From Candidatus Kaiserbacteria bacterium (lineage in GTDB: Bacteria; Patescibacteriota; Minisyncoccia; Phycocordibacterales; UBA918), in assembly GCA_016699245.1 (NCBI GenBank), contig CP064968.1, forward strand, positions 704,317 to 768,316: a stretch of DNA of 64,000 nucleotides, written 5' to 3'. The translations under genes and the position numbers were made by a program. Positions 27,235 through 37,253 of the stretch are shown here, piece by piece. Position 1 is the first letter of the stretch. Every line of letters begins with the position of its first letter. The notes beneath the pieces were generated by a model. The model ran no database searches and was not told the origin of the DNA. It saw only the letters and a program-made list of their open reading frames with translations.

Positions 27235-29412
27235 CTATGCCTCTTCGTCTATATCCTTTACGCCACGCATTTTCTTAATCTCCATGGCGACGTTTGGTGG
27301 GACTACGTCGTAGTGGTCAAATTCCATGGTCATAGATGCGCGGCCTTCGGTCATAGAACGAAGGGTCGTGGTGTATCCAAACATTTCGGAGAGCGGTACC
27401 TTTGCGTGTACCACCTTTGCCATACCACGGTCATCCATTCCTTCCACCAGTCCACGCTTTGAACTAATGTTTCCGTTCACATCTCCCATGAATTTTTCAG
27501 GAGTGGTTACCTCAACCTTCATGATAGGTTCGAGAAGTACGGCACCTGCGCTCTTTGCAGCCTCTTTGAAGGCGTGAATTGCAGCGAGTTTAAAGGCAAT
27601 TTCTGAAGAGTCCACTTCGTGGTAACTACCATCGTAGAGTTCGACAGAAATATCTTCCATCTTGTATCCTGCCACGAATCCACGACCCATAGCCTCCTTA
27701 CATCCCTTCATTACTGCAGGAATGTACTCTCCAGGAATCACACCTCCCTTAATGCTGTTTACAAATTCGAAGTGGTCTTCACGCGTAACATTCTTTGCGA
27801 GTGACTTTCCTTCAGCGAGTTGAAGTGGTTCCATTGGCTTAATGCGAATCTTCACATGGCCATATTGCCCCTTACCTCCTGACTGCTTAATGTATTTATA
27901 CTCTGCCTCAGCTGGTCGCTGAATGGTTTCGCGGTACGCCACCTGTGGCTTGCCTACGTTTGCCTCTACACCGAATTCACGCTTCATGCGGTCAACGATA
28001 ATTTCGAGATGGAGTTCTCCCATACCCGCAATAATAGTTTCGAAAGTTTCTTCATCAGTAGACACTTTGAAAGTTGGGTCTTCGTCTGAAAGCTTCTTCA
28101 TTGCCATACCCATCTTCTCTTGGTCGTTCTTGGTTTTTGGTTCGATACGCATTGCTACCACTGGCTCGGGGAACGTAATAGTTTCGAGAATGATAGGCTT
28201 ATCTTCTGCACAGAGTGTATGTGAAGTCTTCACATCCTTAATTCCCACACCAGCAGCAATTTCACCCGCAAACACTTCCTCAATTTCTGTTCGCTTGTCT
28301 GCCTGCAGGCGCACGATGCGTCCGAGTCGTTCCTTTTCACCTGTTGATGCGTTGTAAAGGTAACTTCCTGCCTTGATTGTACCTGAGTACACACGGAAGA
28401 AGGTAAGCTGTCCCACAAATGGGTCAGTTTGGAGTTTAAATGCAAGTGCGCAAAAAGGTTCTTCATCTGATGCACTACGAAACTCCTCGGCATCAGTATC
28501 TGGATTCGTCCCCTTTACTGGTGGCAGATCTACTGGTGACGGGAGGTAGTCCACTACAGCGTCGAGAACTCGTTGCACACCAATGTTCTTGAGTGCAGAA
28601 CCCGTCATCACAGGGAAGATTGCGTTTGCAATCACTGCCTTTCTCAGTGTCTTCTGGAGTTCCTCGTATGAAGGAATCATCCCTTCGAGGTATGCACTCA
28701 TTTGCTCATCATCGTGTTCGACGATGCGCTCAACAAGTTCTGCATGATATTTCTCTGCGGTCTCTTTGAGTTCCGCAGGTATCTCATGTTCAACCACCTT
28801 CATTCCCATCTCTCCTTCAAAGGTATACGCCTTCATCTTCAGAAGGTCGATAGTACCTGCGAGGTTTTCTTCTGAGCCCCAAGGGATTTGATAGCGAACT
28901 GCCTTTGGTGAAAGGCGGTTAAGAATAGATGCGTACGACCGCTCGAAATCTGCTCCTGTGCGATCCATCTTGTTGATGAAACAAATTCGGGGAACTCCGG
29001 CCTCATCGGCATACCGCCAGTTCGTCTCTGACTGTGGCTCTACTCCCGCAACACCATCAAACACCACAATCGCACCGTCGAGTACACGCATTGAGCGCTT
29101 TACCTCTGCGGTAAAGTCGATGTGTCCAGGAGTATCGATGATGTTAAAGGTGTACTTGAGTTCAGGATCGATACGGTCTGCGATAAGTGACGGTGTCCAG
29201 TTACAAGAAATCGCCGCTGCAGTAATGGTAATACCGCGTTCACGCTCTTGTTCCATCCAGTCGGTCACTGTTGCACCATCGTGCACCTCACCGATTTTGT
29301 GGCTCATACCAGTGTAGAAAAGCACACGCTCTGAAGTCGTGGTCTTTCCGGCATCAACGTGCGCAACAATACCGAAGTTACGAAGTTTATGTAATGGGAA
29401 TGCTCGTGCCAT
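27235..29412 (-). CDS. fusA: Elongation factor G
   Basis: 725 aa. AHVDAGKTT G-domain through the C-terminal domains. Confidence 0.95.
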   Translation of the reverse strand: MARAFPLHKLRNFGIVAHVDAGKTTTSERVLFYTGMSHKIGEVHDGATVTDWMEQERERGITITAAAISCNWTPSLIADRIDPELKYTFNIIDTPGHIDFTAEVKRSMRVLDGAIVVFDGVAGVEPQSETNWRYADEAGVPRICFINKMDRTGADFERSYASILNRLSPKAVRYQIPWGSEENLAGTIDLLKMKAYTFEGEMGMKVVEHEIPAELKETAEKYHAELVERIVEHDDEQMSAYLEGMIPSYEELQKTLRKAVIANAIFPVMTGSALKNIGVQRVLDAVVDYLPSPVDLPPVKGTNPDTDAEEFRSASDEEPFCALAFKLQTDPFVGQLTFFRVYSGTIKAGSYLYNASTGEKERLGRIVRLQADKRTEIEEVFAGEIAAGVGIKDVKTSHTLCAEDKPIILETITFPEPVVAMRIEPKTKNDQEKMGMAMKKLSDEDPTFKVSTDEETFETIIAGMGELHLEIIVDRMKREFGVEANVGKPQVAYRETIQRPAEAEYKYIKQSGGKGQYGHVKIRIKPMEPLQLAEGKSLAKNVTREDHFEFVNSIKGGVIPGEYIPAVMKGCKEAMGRGFVAGYKMEDISVELYDGSYHEVDSSEIAFKLAAIHAFKEAAKSAGAVLLEPIMKVEVTTPEKFMGDVNGNISSKRGLVEGMDDRGMAKVVHAKVPLSEMFGYTTTLRSMTEGRASMTMEFDHYDVVPPNVAMEIKKMRGVKDIDEEA

Positions 29413-29699
29413 ATAAATAATCTAAAATACTAAATAATAAAACCAAAATGAAAAATAAATTTTGATTGGTTTCCCCTTCCTGAGGGCGAATAAATCGCCT
29501 GAGAAAAGAAAAGCCCACGGGGGCCTATTGGCGCCTACTATACGATATATGACACACGAGAGCAATAGGATGATTTCAAAAAAATGATTTTATATTCAAA
29601 CACGTGAATATCAATTTCATCAGCATTTTGCTTTTCACTAAAAGTATGTCATAATAATGTTCGGTAGCACATCATCAACTTTTAATGAAGGAGATTGCC

Positions 29700-30101
29700 A
29701 TGAGGCGCTTTTTTGTTTTTCTCGCTCTCGTAATGAGCACAACATCTGCGTATGCACAAGACAACCCACACGATTCACCGTGGGAACAATATGGGCAAGA
29801 TGCTTGGGTGCTCAATATCGAGGGTATCGGAAGGAATGAAAGTATCGTTCTGATACGAAACCCACAAGGGACACACTTCACTGCGACTGCAGTATGTTCA
29901 GACGGTGTTTATTCCGAAGTATATTCCTGGAGCCAAGGGCACACCCATGCAAAAGGCGTAGACTGCACGGGGAAACGCGTAAGTCGTGCTGCGACGTACT
30001 GGGAAGGATGGATTCATCCACTTCCTCATCAAACTCCCAAAACCATACCAACTCCCACACCAAAACGTCGCGTGCTCGCCGCTGTTCCAAATACACACTG
30101 A
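29700..30101 (+). CDS. Small secreted protein (Sec signal peptide)
   Basis: ATG at 29700 with a GGAG SD. MRRFFVFLALVMSTTSAYAQD signal. Terminator follows. Confidence 0.55.
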   Translation: MRRFFVFLALVMSTTSAYAQDNPHDSPWEQYGQDAWVLNIEGIGRNESIVLIRNPQGTHFTATAVCSDGVYSEVYSWSQGHTHAKGVDCTGKRVSRAATYWEGWIHPLPHQTPKTIPTPTPKRRVLAAVPNTH

Positions 30102-30111
30102 ATGATGTGTG

Positions 30112-30150
30112 GTCCGTCGCAAGCACAGCTTGCGACGGTTTTATTTTTTT
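30112..30150 (+). terminator. Intrinsic terminator
   Basis: tccgtcgcaagcacagcttgcgacggttttattttttt. Confidence 0.7.
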
Positions 30151-30169
30151 CGTACGTTATACTGTATAC

Positions 30170-31198
30170 ATGAAGTATCGTTCACTCATTCTTGTATACC
30201 TACTCTTCCTCCCTTTCTTTTCACATGCGAATACTGAGAACGCGGGGTTCGTGCAAGGACTTTGGTATTCATCACAACCAGTTTTTGCTGAGGTCCCCAC
30301 ACGCATTTACATTGCACTACGCAACAATACGGGGCATGACCTCACGGGCACCGTGCGTTTTACCGACAACGAAAAGCGTATTGGTTCTTTTGAGGTGAGT
30401 GCGCTCGAGGGACGTCTTGTAGAGGCATGGGTAGACTGGATTCCGACAAAAGGAGAGCATGTCATCACCGCAACCGTAAGCGATGCAGTACTTCATGTAA
30501 TTGGGGGAAACACGGAGTCTGCTGATATTACCGGTATCACGGCAAGTGATACCCTCATCGTGGATTATGACACTGATCGTGATGGCATAGGTAACACCGA
30601 AGACACCGATGACGACAACGATTCTGTGTCTGATACTGAAGAAACCGAACGAGGGAGTAATCCGCTTGTCAGTAACCCAAAATCTGTTTCTGAAGAAACT
30701 GAAAGTTCTAAAGACTCTGAAAGTCCGAATACTGAAGTACTCACTGCAGATACTCGTACAGAGACAAAAAAATCTACTCCTTCGCGTGGAGGACTCGAAC
30801 AGTATATTGAAAACGAAAAAGTAGATACACTCTTTGGAAGTGTCACCGAAAAAATTGAAAATGCGAAAACAGCGCTCGATACATACCGTGAGAGACGGGA
30901 CACAACACTCGCGGAAAACACCTCACCAACTGAGTTAGAACATCCAACCGAAATGAAATTGGGAACACTCACTGAAAACGCCACCATTACACGCACACAG
31001 ATAGACACCGAAAAGGGTTTTCTTAAATCCTTTGTTGCCGGTGTTGCAGCACTTCTTTCAAGCCTTTGGACACTGGTACTTTTTTCAACTTCAAAAATTC
31101 TAAATTATCCCGCAATACTCGAGGTCCTCCTACTTCTGGGAATTCTTGTATTTTTCTATCGTGTTGCGCGGCGATTAGGTCGTCGTAATCGGTATTAG
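30170..31198 (+). CDS. Secreted, C-terminally membrane-anchored acidic protein with TSP3-like calcium-binding Asp motif
   Basis: ATG at 30170 (MKYRSLILVYLLFLPFFSHA signal). DTDRDGIGNTEDTDDDNDS motif. C-terminal TM plus RRLGRRNRY. Confidence 0.55.
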   Translation: MKYRSLILVYLLFLPFFSHANTENAGFVQGLWYSSQPVFAEVPTRIYIALRNNTGHDLTGTVRFTDNEKRIGSFEVSALEGRLVEAWVDWIPTKGEHVITATVSDAVLHVIGGNTESADITGITASDTLIVDYDTDRDGIGNTEDTDDDNDSVSDTEETERGSNPLVSNPKSVSEETESSKDSESPNTEVLTADTRTETKKSTPSRGGLEQYIENEKVDTLFGSVTEKIENAKTALDTYRERRDTTLAENTSPTELEHPTEMKLGTLTENATITRTQIDTEKGFLKSFVAGVAALLSSLWTLVLFSTSKILNYPAILEVLLLLGILVFFYRVARRLGRRNRY

Positions 31199-31204
31199 TG
31201 CATC

Positions 31205-31236
31205 AAAAAACCGCGGCACAGTGCGCCGCGGTAATT
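31205..31236. terminator. Bidirectional intrinsic terminator
   Basis: aaaaaaccgcggcacagtgcgccgcggt. Confidence 0.6.
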
Positions 31237-31238
31237 CT

Positions 31239-31859
31239 TCATTCCTGCTTCACCCATACACGTACTGACGGCTGTTTATCGGTACCCCGATAAATATACC
31301 CTTGTGATGGTGGTGTGATACCCCTTTCCTTAAAGGATATATACATAATTCTATCTCGAATTGTAGGTGATGCAGGATACTCCACTTTTGTGCAATCAGG
31401 TAAGACAATAAGGCTCGACCATCGTGAAAAAATAAGCCCTCGCCTGCTAAAGCCTGCCGACGCAAATATCGTTGACAGCATACCCGTACACTCAGTAAAA
31501 AGTACTGGCTTAAAGATATCTTCATCGAGTCGTGGGAACAGTCCAATAGGATGTGCTGCAAAAAACAATCCCTTCGGCTTCAATGTACGTATGAGTTCTG
31601 CTTCGATACCATGTGTACCGCCATCAAAGAGATTTAAGCCATTTAATGTCACCGCATCAAGACTCTGATCGGGAACATTGAATGCGCTGTACAGTGCAAA
31701 TATCTTACGAATTCCTGCATGTGTAGCGTCACCATTCCACAACCCCTTAAGCCGTCTATCCCCACACAAGTAGAGAAATCTCAGTTTTGGGTTATACGAC
31801 TTCAAGTTCTTCACGAATGATGTATTACCTGCGCCAATGTCCAAAAGTACTTTAGTCAT
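31239..31859 (-). CDS. Class I SAM-dependent methyltransferase
   Basis: VLLDIGAGNTSF motif I. 206 aa. Confidence 0.55.
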   Translation of the reverse strand: MTKVLLDIGAGNTSFVKNLKSYNPKLRFLYLCGDRRLKGLWNGDATHAGIRKIFALYSAFNVPDQSLDAVTLNGLNLFDGGTHGIEAELIRTLKPKGLFFAAHPIGLFPRLDEDIFKPVLFTECTGMLSTIFASAGFSRRGLIFSRWSSLIVLPDCTKVEYPASPTIRDRIMYISFKERGITPPSQGYIYRGTDKQPSVRVWVKQE

Positions 31860-31989
31860 GATGTCCTCCTCATAGGATTATCTACACGAGAATATACATT
31901 ACAAACTTGAAATAGCAAGAGTATACCTAACAGACACAGAAAACCCCGCGCAAAGTGCATGACTTTCTTAAACAGACAAACGCTTTATT

Positions 31990-32313
31990 TTACCCCACTA
32001 CTTTAAATCCAAGTTCTGCAACCGCCGCTGCTATTTCTCTTTTCACTAACTCAAGATTATCTGCATACACAATAATTTCCTGTTGCGATATGTTGTCACG
32101 CACGACAAGCATCAAACATGCACTCTCGAGAGAGATTTTTACCCGACGCAGTCCCTTTGTGGTAGGAAGTCCTGACTTGATATATCCGAGCACTATTTTT
32201 TTCACGAAAGGATTCCTTTCCGCAATATCCACAACCAGCCCCGCAGCAGGAACGACCGTCGTGTGTGAACCTGTTACCTTTCCTCCGGCGCGAGCGCCTT
32301 TTGGTTTTGCCAT
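31990..32313 (-). CDS. Hypothetical small protein
   Basis: 107-aa ORF 6 nt downstream of the GH15-like gene. Confidence 0.45.
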   Translation of the reverse strand: MAKPKGARAGGKVTGSHTTVVPAAGLVVDIAERNPFVKKIVLGYIKSGLPTTKGLRRVKISLESACLMLVVRDNISQQEIIVYADNLELVKREIAAAVAELGFKVVG

Positions 32314-32319
32314 ATAAAA

Positions 32320-33372
32320 CTACTGCATCTCCTCTACCTTCTTGAGTGCAATGACATACATACTTTCTGCCCAGCCGAGAGGAGTGTTCTCATTGGGGTT
32401 ATGTGTATGGGAGTAGTAGAGTTCGGGAATCTTGCCGTTTTCGGTTATCGTACTCTTTGCATGCATGAGATACCATTCCGCCTTTGCTTTGTCTCCACGC
32501 TCTGCATAAATAATCGCAAGCCATGAAAGTCCCATACACCATTCCGCCTCCTCACTATGTCCATCAACATTGGCGTTGTAGTAGCGGTCGTTTTTGTAGC
32601 GTATTACCCCCTTATCTTTGGTGAGGTGATATTCCACATTGCGTAAAATAGCCACAGTCTCGTCTTCAGTTGCCTCGCGGAATGGGTACACTATCGAAAG
32701 AAGCGCGAGATCAGCAAACTTTTCTGCTGATTCTCGTGGTAAGAGTGCACGAAGTGCTGTCTCTCCCTTTTGAATGACACCTTCGGGCACCGTGAGCCAT
32801 GGCACCTGTGCTGCTTTTTTAAGTGCTGCATTTACCGCTGCAATCGAAGACGCATGTATCTCCATACCCTCCTCCCAAATACCGTTATCCAAGTCGTGCC
32901 AATATTCTATGCGCACAAGGTAGTCCACAATCTTTTGCACGAGGGCTCGCTCTGCGTCAGTTGCTACAATACTTTCTCCGCGCATCTCGAGATGCATAAT
33001 TAAATCAAGGACTTCGCCCACTGCATCATTTTGGCGATTACCCCACTCCTCCCAATATTCTTCAAAAGACTCTGGATGAAAACGTGCATGAATGTATTGC
33101 CATGTCTCATATGGCTTGTGCTCAATAGCCCAGTCAATTTTTTCTGCGTGCTTCATAAAAAGCGCAAGGAGTGCACGCGCCGTATCTTTTACTGTTTCAA
33201 TATCACCCAATTCCAAAAAACAAAGTACCGTGAAGTAGTTGTCACGCAGCCACGCTTTATCATAGCCAGTGTGAACATTCGATGCAGACGCCGTATAGAC
33301 GCCTGTTGGTTTCCGGAGCGCACGTATCTCATTCACGTGCGCCTGAATCTCTGCTTCGAAATCAATAGTCAT
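32320..33372 (-). CDS. Glycoside hydrolase family 15-like (glucoamylase-type) protein
   Basis: GYDKAWLRDNYF (the W-x-R-D hallmark) and acidic EEAEW region. 350 aa. Confidence 0.5.
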   Translation of the reverse strand: MTIDFEAEIQAHVNEIRALRKPTGVYTASASNVHTGYDKAWLRDNYFTVLCFLELGDIETVKDTARALLALFMKHAEKIDWAIEHKPYETWQYIHARFHPESFEEYWEEWGNRQNDAVGEVLDLIMHLEMRGESIVATDAERALVQKIVDYLVRIEYWHDLDNGIWEEGMEIHASSIAAVNAALKKAAQVPWLTVPEGVIQKGETALRALLPRESAEKFADLALLSIVYPFREATEDETVAILRNVEYHLTKDKGVIRYKNDRYYNANVDGHSEEAEWCMGLSWLAIIYAERGDKAKAEWYLMHAKSTITENGKIPELYYSHTHNPNENTPLGWAESMYVIALKKVEEMQ

Positions 33373-33386
33373 ACGGAAAAGAAGAA

Positions 33387-33662
33387 CTATGCAGCAAGTG
33401 AACGCATGCGATTATCAAATTCATTTTGTCCGCGAATCATTAGTACATTCCGTGTGAGTTCTTTTGCGAGATACCGATTTTTGTTATCATCCACAAGTTT
33501 GTCTATATGTGCTTCTAGTACTGCACACTGCTCGTCGGCGTCCATGGTTTCAAAATCAGAAATACCCGCAATAATTTCCTTGGCTTTTTCAGGTGCCTGC
33601 TCCTTCAATTCTCGCCACATCTGAGTATTTTCTGCACTTTCAACACGTGATATTCCCTCCAT
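33387..33662 (-). CDS. Hypothetical small acidic protein
   Basis: 91-aa ORF, first gene of the accessory operon. Confidence 0.4.
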   Translation of the reverse strand: MEGISRVESAENTQMWRELKEQAPEKAKEIIAGISDFETMDADEQCAVLEAHIDKLVDDNKNRYLAKELTRNVLMIRGQNEFDNRMRSLAA

Positions 33663-33795
33663 AGAAACACATTATCCTAATATACCGATAATTGTATCAT
33701 GCCCGTGAATGAGTACACAAAATGCTTATAACCATCTAATGGTGATTCAAAAAGATTGAATCTGGTAGATGTTATTTTCTAGTGCAGTACAAGGC

Positions 33796-33968
33796 AAAAG
33801 CCCGAAATTTTTGTGAGCCGTACTCAACGTACGGTGAACAAAAATTTCGGGCTTTTAACGCAGTAAGGAAATGGAGTCGCTACAGAGTCTGGAGACGTCT
33901 GTTTTTTCTCCGGGGGGAGAAAAAACAGACGGACTCGAAAAATATACGGGCTCTGCCCGTTATTTTTC
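33796..33968. repeat. Three consecutive perfect hairpins (18-bp, 15-bp and 6-bp stems) downstream of rpsG
   Basis: aaagcccgaaatttttgt...acaaaaatttcgggcttt, gtctgttttttctcc-gggg-ggagaaaaaacagac, and acgggctctgcccgt plus T-run (rpsG terminator). Confidence 0.7.
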
Positions 33969-33970
33969 GG

Positions 33971-34444
33971 TCACCAAGCGAAGTGGGCGAAGGCTCGGTT
34001 AGCCTCTGCCATGCGGTGGGTATCGTCCTTCTTCTTTACGGCTGCTCCTTCTCCCTTTGCAGCGAGCATTATTTCTGATGAAAGTGACTTGAACATTGGC
34101 TTACCTTTCTGTCCGCGCGCGGCAGTAATAATCCAACGAAGTGCAAGTGCGAGACGTCGCTCGGGGCGAACCTCACGAGGTACCTGATAGTTTGCTCCAC
34201 CGACACGGCGTGAGCGCACCTCCATTTGTGGTCCTGCATTACGAATAGCAGTTTCAAATATTTCTACAGGGTCTCCGCCTCCTTCCTTTGCGTTCTTAAT
34301 TACTTCAAATGCTGCGTATACGATTTTGCGTGCAGTCTCCTTCTGTCCGTTCACCATGATGTAGTTCACGAGTCGTGAGACGTTTACTGAATCATATCGT
34401 TCGTCCTTGCCGAGCGGTGCTCGTCGTTTAATTGGTCGTCGCAT
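33971..34444 (-). CDS. rpsG: 30S ribosomal protein S7
   Basis: S7 family. Confidence 0.95.
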   Translation of the reverse strand: MRRPIKRRAPLGKDERYDSVNVSRLVNYIMVNGQKETARKIVYAAFEVIKNAKEGGGDPVEIFETAIRNAGPQMEVRSRRVGGANYQVPREVRPERRLALALRWIITAARGQKGKPMFKSLSSEIMLAAKGEGAAVKKKDDTHRMAEANRAFAHFAW

Positions 34445-34619
34445 ATTTTTTCCTATCTATTATCTATAGCGAGTATAGTCTATTAATTAATTTGTGCAGT
34501 TTTGTAAATTGTTAAAATTATTCTGGATGCGCGAAGCGACTAAGTTTTGGAGGAAGCGGTACAACAGTACCGTGACCGAGAAAACTGACGTCGCGACAAA
34601 GCAGACGGGATGATTTTAA

Positions 34620-35036
34620 CTATTTACCTGCTTTTGGGCGCTTTGCTCCGTACCGTGATCGCGACACTCGTCGCTTATCAACGCCGGTTGCATCATACTT
34701 TCCGCGTACAATGGTGTAGTTCACACCAATATCCTTTACGCGACCCCCACGTACGAGTACCACCGAGTGCTCCTGGAGTGTGTGTCCTTCACCAGGAATG
34801 TAGGCAGTAATTTCCTGGTGATTGGTAAGACGTACACGAGCAATTTTACGAATAGCCGAGTTTGGCTTTCGAGGAGTCTTGGTAGTAACACGAGTACAGA
34901 CACCACGCTTAAAGGGTGAACTATACTCATTTGGACGATTCATAATGGTATTAAAACCAGAACGAAGCGCTCCTTTCTTTGTTCGGGTTGGTTGGTCCTT
35001 TCGTCCCTTCTTTGTTAATTGATTGATTGTTGCCAT
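34620..35036 (-). CDS. rpsL: 30S ribosomal protein S12
   Basis: [14 protein letters not shown]... S12. Confidence 0.95.
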   Translation of the reverse strand: MATINQLTKKGRKDQPTRTKKGALRSGFNTIMNRPNEYSSPFKRGVCTRVTTKTPRKPNSAIRKIARVRLTNHQEITAYIPGEGHTLQEHSVVLVRGGRVKDIGVNYTIVRGKYDATGVDKRRVSRSRYGAKRPKAGK

Positions 35037-35117
35037 ATAAATGTGTCGCTACTCTACTATATTTACGGAAATGTGCAAGCATCGCTTAATAAACGGAGCA
35101 AGATATCTGCATTTTTT

Positions 35118-35153
35118 TACAAAAAAAGCCCCACGCATTGCTGCGGGGGGCAA
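35118..35153 (-). terminator. Terminator after the site-2 protease gene
   Basis: gccccacgcattgctgcggggggc followed by T7 on the minus strand. Confidence 0.55.
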
Positions 35154-35296
35154 AAGTACTGAAAATCACACGCATGTCGCCTGTGCCTACAAGCGAAGGG
35201 GACTCCCAGTACTGAGGGGAAACTTATTTTTAACACATTTTAGAAAAAAAGCAATATCTCATGCGATCCACCAAATTGCAGAGATGCTCAATTAAG

Positions 35297-35929
35297 TTAG
35301 GGGAAATTCAAAAAGAGATTATAAATAAAGAGTACTGCTGCTTGGAATGGCGTCCAGAGAATTTGCATAAATATGAAAACGCAGAGGAGTAGAGCCACAA
35401 AACCGAGTCTCTCAATGTACTGCGTCAAGGCACGGTACTTGAGCGAGAGTCGAAGAGGAAGAAATGGCACAATAATCTTTGACCCATCGAGTGGAGGAAA
35501 CGGGATTGCATTGAAGAGTGCGAGAAGAATATTGATGAATACAACGTACGTCGCCATATCGACAAAAGAAGAAGGGAGCCCCAGTGTATCCGCCATACGA
35601 ATTAAAATGGCGAAAATAAAGGCTAAAAATAAGTTTGCAAGGGGTCCTGCCGCCGCCACAAATGATTCACCCCATTTTTGATTCCTTAAATTATAGGGAT
35701 TGTACGGCACTGGCTTTGCGTATCCAAAAAGAAATGGTGCTCCCATGAAAAAAAGCACTCCCGGAATCAACACAGAGCCAATCGGGTCGATATGCACGAG
35801 AGGATTAGCGCTCAAGCGTCCTGCGAGGCGTGCAGTGGGGTCTCCGAGCCAGTTAGCTGCGTAGCCATGAGCAACCTCGTGAAAGACGATAGAAAGTATC
35901 AAAATGGCCAAAGTAATTATTTCGAGCAT
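35297..35929 (-). CDS. Site-2 protease family (M50) zinc metalloprotease
   Basis: HEVAHGY and NAIPFPPLDGS motifs, polytopic membrane protein. Confidence 0.8.
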   Translation of the reverse strand: MLEIITLAILILSIVFHEVAHGYAANWLGDPTARLAGRLSANPLVHIDPIGSVLIPGVLFFMGAPFLFGYAKPVPYNPYNLRNQKWGESFVAAAGPLANLFLAFIFAILIRMADTLGLPSSFVDMATYVVFINILLALFNAIPFPPLDGSKIIVPFLPLRLSLKYRALTQYIERLGFVALLLCVFIFMQILWTPFQAAVLFIYNLFLNFP

Positions 35930-36016
35930 AAAAGATGTACTGAAGGTGTGCTATGAGTATGTGACTATTGTACCGTATTCCGCTTTTCCTACCAAAGTGG
36001 GTGCGTGTATGTCTTC

Positions 36017-36044
36017 TTGCTATTTAAATGAACCATGGTAGTAT
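36017..36044 (+). promoter_or_regulatory. Candidate sigma70-type promoter for rpmB (TTGCTA-16-TAGTAT)
   Basis: Hexamers read directly from the sequence. 24 nt upstream of the rpmB ATG. Confidence 0.4.
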
Positions 36045-36067
36045 AGGCGACACTAAACAAACGATAT

Positions 36068-36310
36068 ATGGCAAGGCAATGTGAAATAACCGGAAAGACA
36101 TCACAAGTTGGTGGACGATACAGCAACCGCACTCGTGCGACGCAGTTTAATCCATGTGGAAAGGTTCGTCGCCAGGCAAACCTCCAGAAGAAGAGAATCT
36201 TCGTTCCGGAACTTGGCAAGACTATCGTTATGACCATCTCCACAAAGGCAATGCGCACCATCGCAAAAAATGGCGCATTCGAAACCCTAAAGAAAGCAAA
36301 GCTTATTTAA
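36068..36310 (+). CDS. rpmB: 50S ribosomal protein L28
   Basis: MARQCEITGKTSQVGGRYSNRTRATQ... L28. Confidence 0.85.
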   Translation: MARQCEITGKTSQVGGRYSNRTRATQFNPCGKVRRQANLQKKRIFVPELGKTIVMTISTKAMRTIAKNGAFETLKKAKLI

Positions 36311-37172
36311 ACCAAAAGGTTACTCCATCAGTCTCTGAATTAATACTGCCAAGATCGGCAGTATTTTTATAGGTGATGCCGTGCTGGATGAGAAGATCAG
36401 TCACTTCTTTGTGCGGATGTCCATACTTATTATCTTTTCCAGCAGAAATCAAAGCGTACGTGGGTGCGACCGTTGTAAGAAATATTTCTGATGTTGAGGT
36501 ACGAGAACCATGATGCCCCACTTTAAGAACGTCACTATGCAAAAGTGAGCCATCGCGCTCTACAAGATACTCCTCTATCTTTTGTGGGGAGTCCCCGGTA
36601 AAGAGGTACGAAGTTGCACCGTACTCAAGTCTTGAAATTATCGATGAATCGTTACTCTCCATATTCGTCGGATCGTGATCGGGGAAAAGAATAGTGAGCG
36701 TTGTACTTCCTGCCTTTCCGATTCCCAAGTCATACACTTGTCTATTTCGTACATAGATAACCCTCGCCCCTTCTTCCTCTACCATTTTTTGAAACGCATC
36801 AGAGACGGGTGTATCGTTCTCATTTTCAGTCATGAGTACCGTGTCCACATCATAGCGAATGAGTACGTCGACAAGACCGCCAATGTGATCTTGGTCGGGA
36901 TGTGTCGCAACAAGCATGTCGATACTGCGATCAAAAAATCCCAATTCACGCGAGAGCACACTCAAGACTCTACTGTCTGCACCCCCATCAATGAGCACCT
37001 GTGTCCCTGAAGGAGACTCAATAAGTGTTGCGTCCCCTTGCCCAACATCAAGAAAAGAAACCTTGAGTGTCTCATTTTCACTATTTCCAGATGGGCGTAT
37101 CCCTAAAGAAAAAAGTGACAATATAAAAATAGAGATGAGTGCACCAATAGTTGGGAGGCGAAGTTCTCGCAT
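36303..37172 (-). CDS. ComEC C-terminal-type MBL-fold nuclease domain protein, separately encoded with signal anchor
   Basis: FLDVGQGDATLIE...GHHGSRTSTS...YGHP, the MBL domain typical of ComEC/Rec2. Confidence 0.65.
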   Translation of the reverse strand: MRELRLPTIGALISIFILSLFSLGIRPSGNSENETLKVSFLDVGQGDATLIESPSGTQVLIDGGADSRVLSVLSRELGFFDRSIDMLVATHPDQDHIGGLVDVLIRYDVDTVLMTENENDTPVSDAFQKMVEEEGARVIYVRNRQVYDLGIGKAGSTTLTILFPDHDPTNMESNDSSIISRLEYGATSYLFTGDSPQKIEEYLVERDGSLLHSDVLKVGHHGSRTSTSEIFLTTVAPTYALISAGKDNKYGHPHKEVTDLLIQHGITYKNTADLGSINSETDGVTFWFK

Positions 37173-37253
37173 ATCGTTATTGTATCGTATGAGTCAAAGA
37201 AAAAAGCCGGTGTGTGCATGTGCACAGTGCCGGCTCTGAAGTGACCTCTGAGG

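Noticed and set aside
27923-28357. 144-aa plus-strand ORF
   Set aside because: Antisense to fusA.
29894-30169. N-terminal 92 aa of the 434-aa ORF
   Set aside because: Overlaps the 29700..30101 gene and its terminator. An internal ATG at 30170 gives a proper signal peptide.
31990-32313. L7Ae/SUI1/YhbY-like assignments for the 107-aa protein
   Set aside because: Motif comparisons did not fit any of these families.
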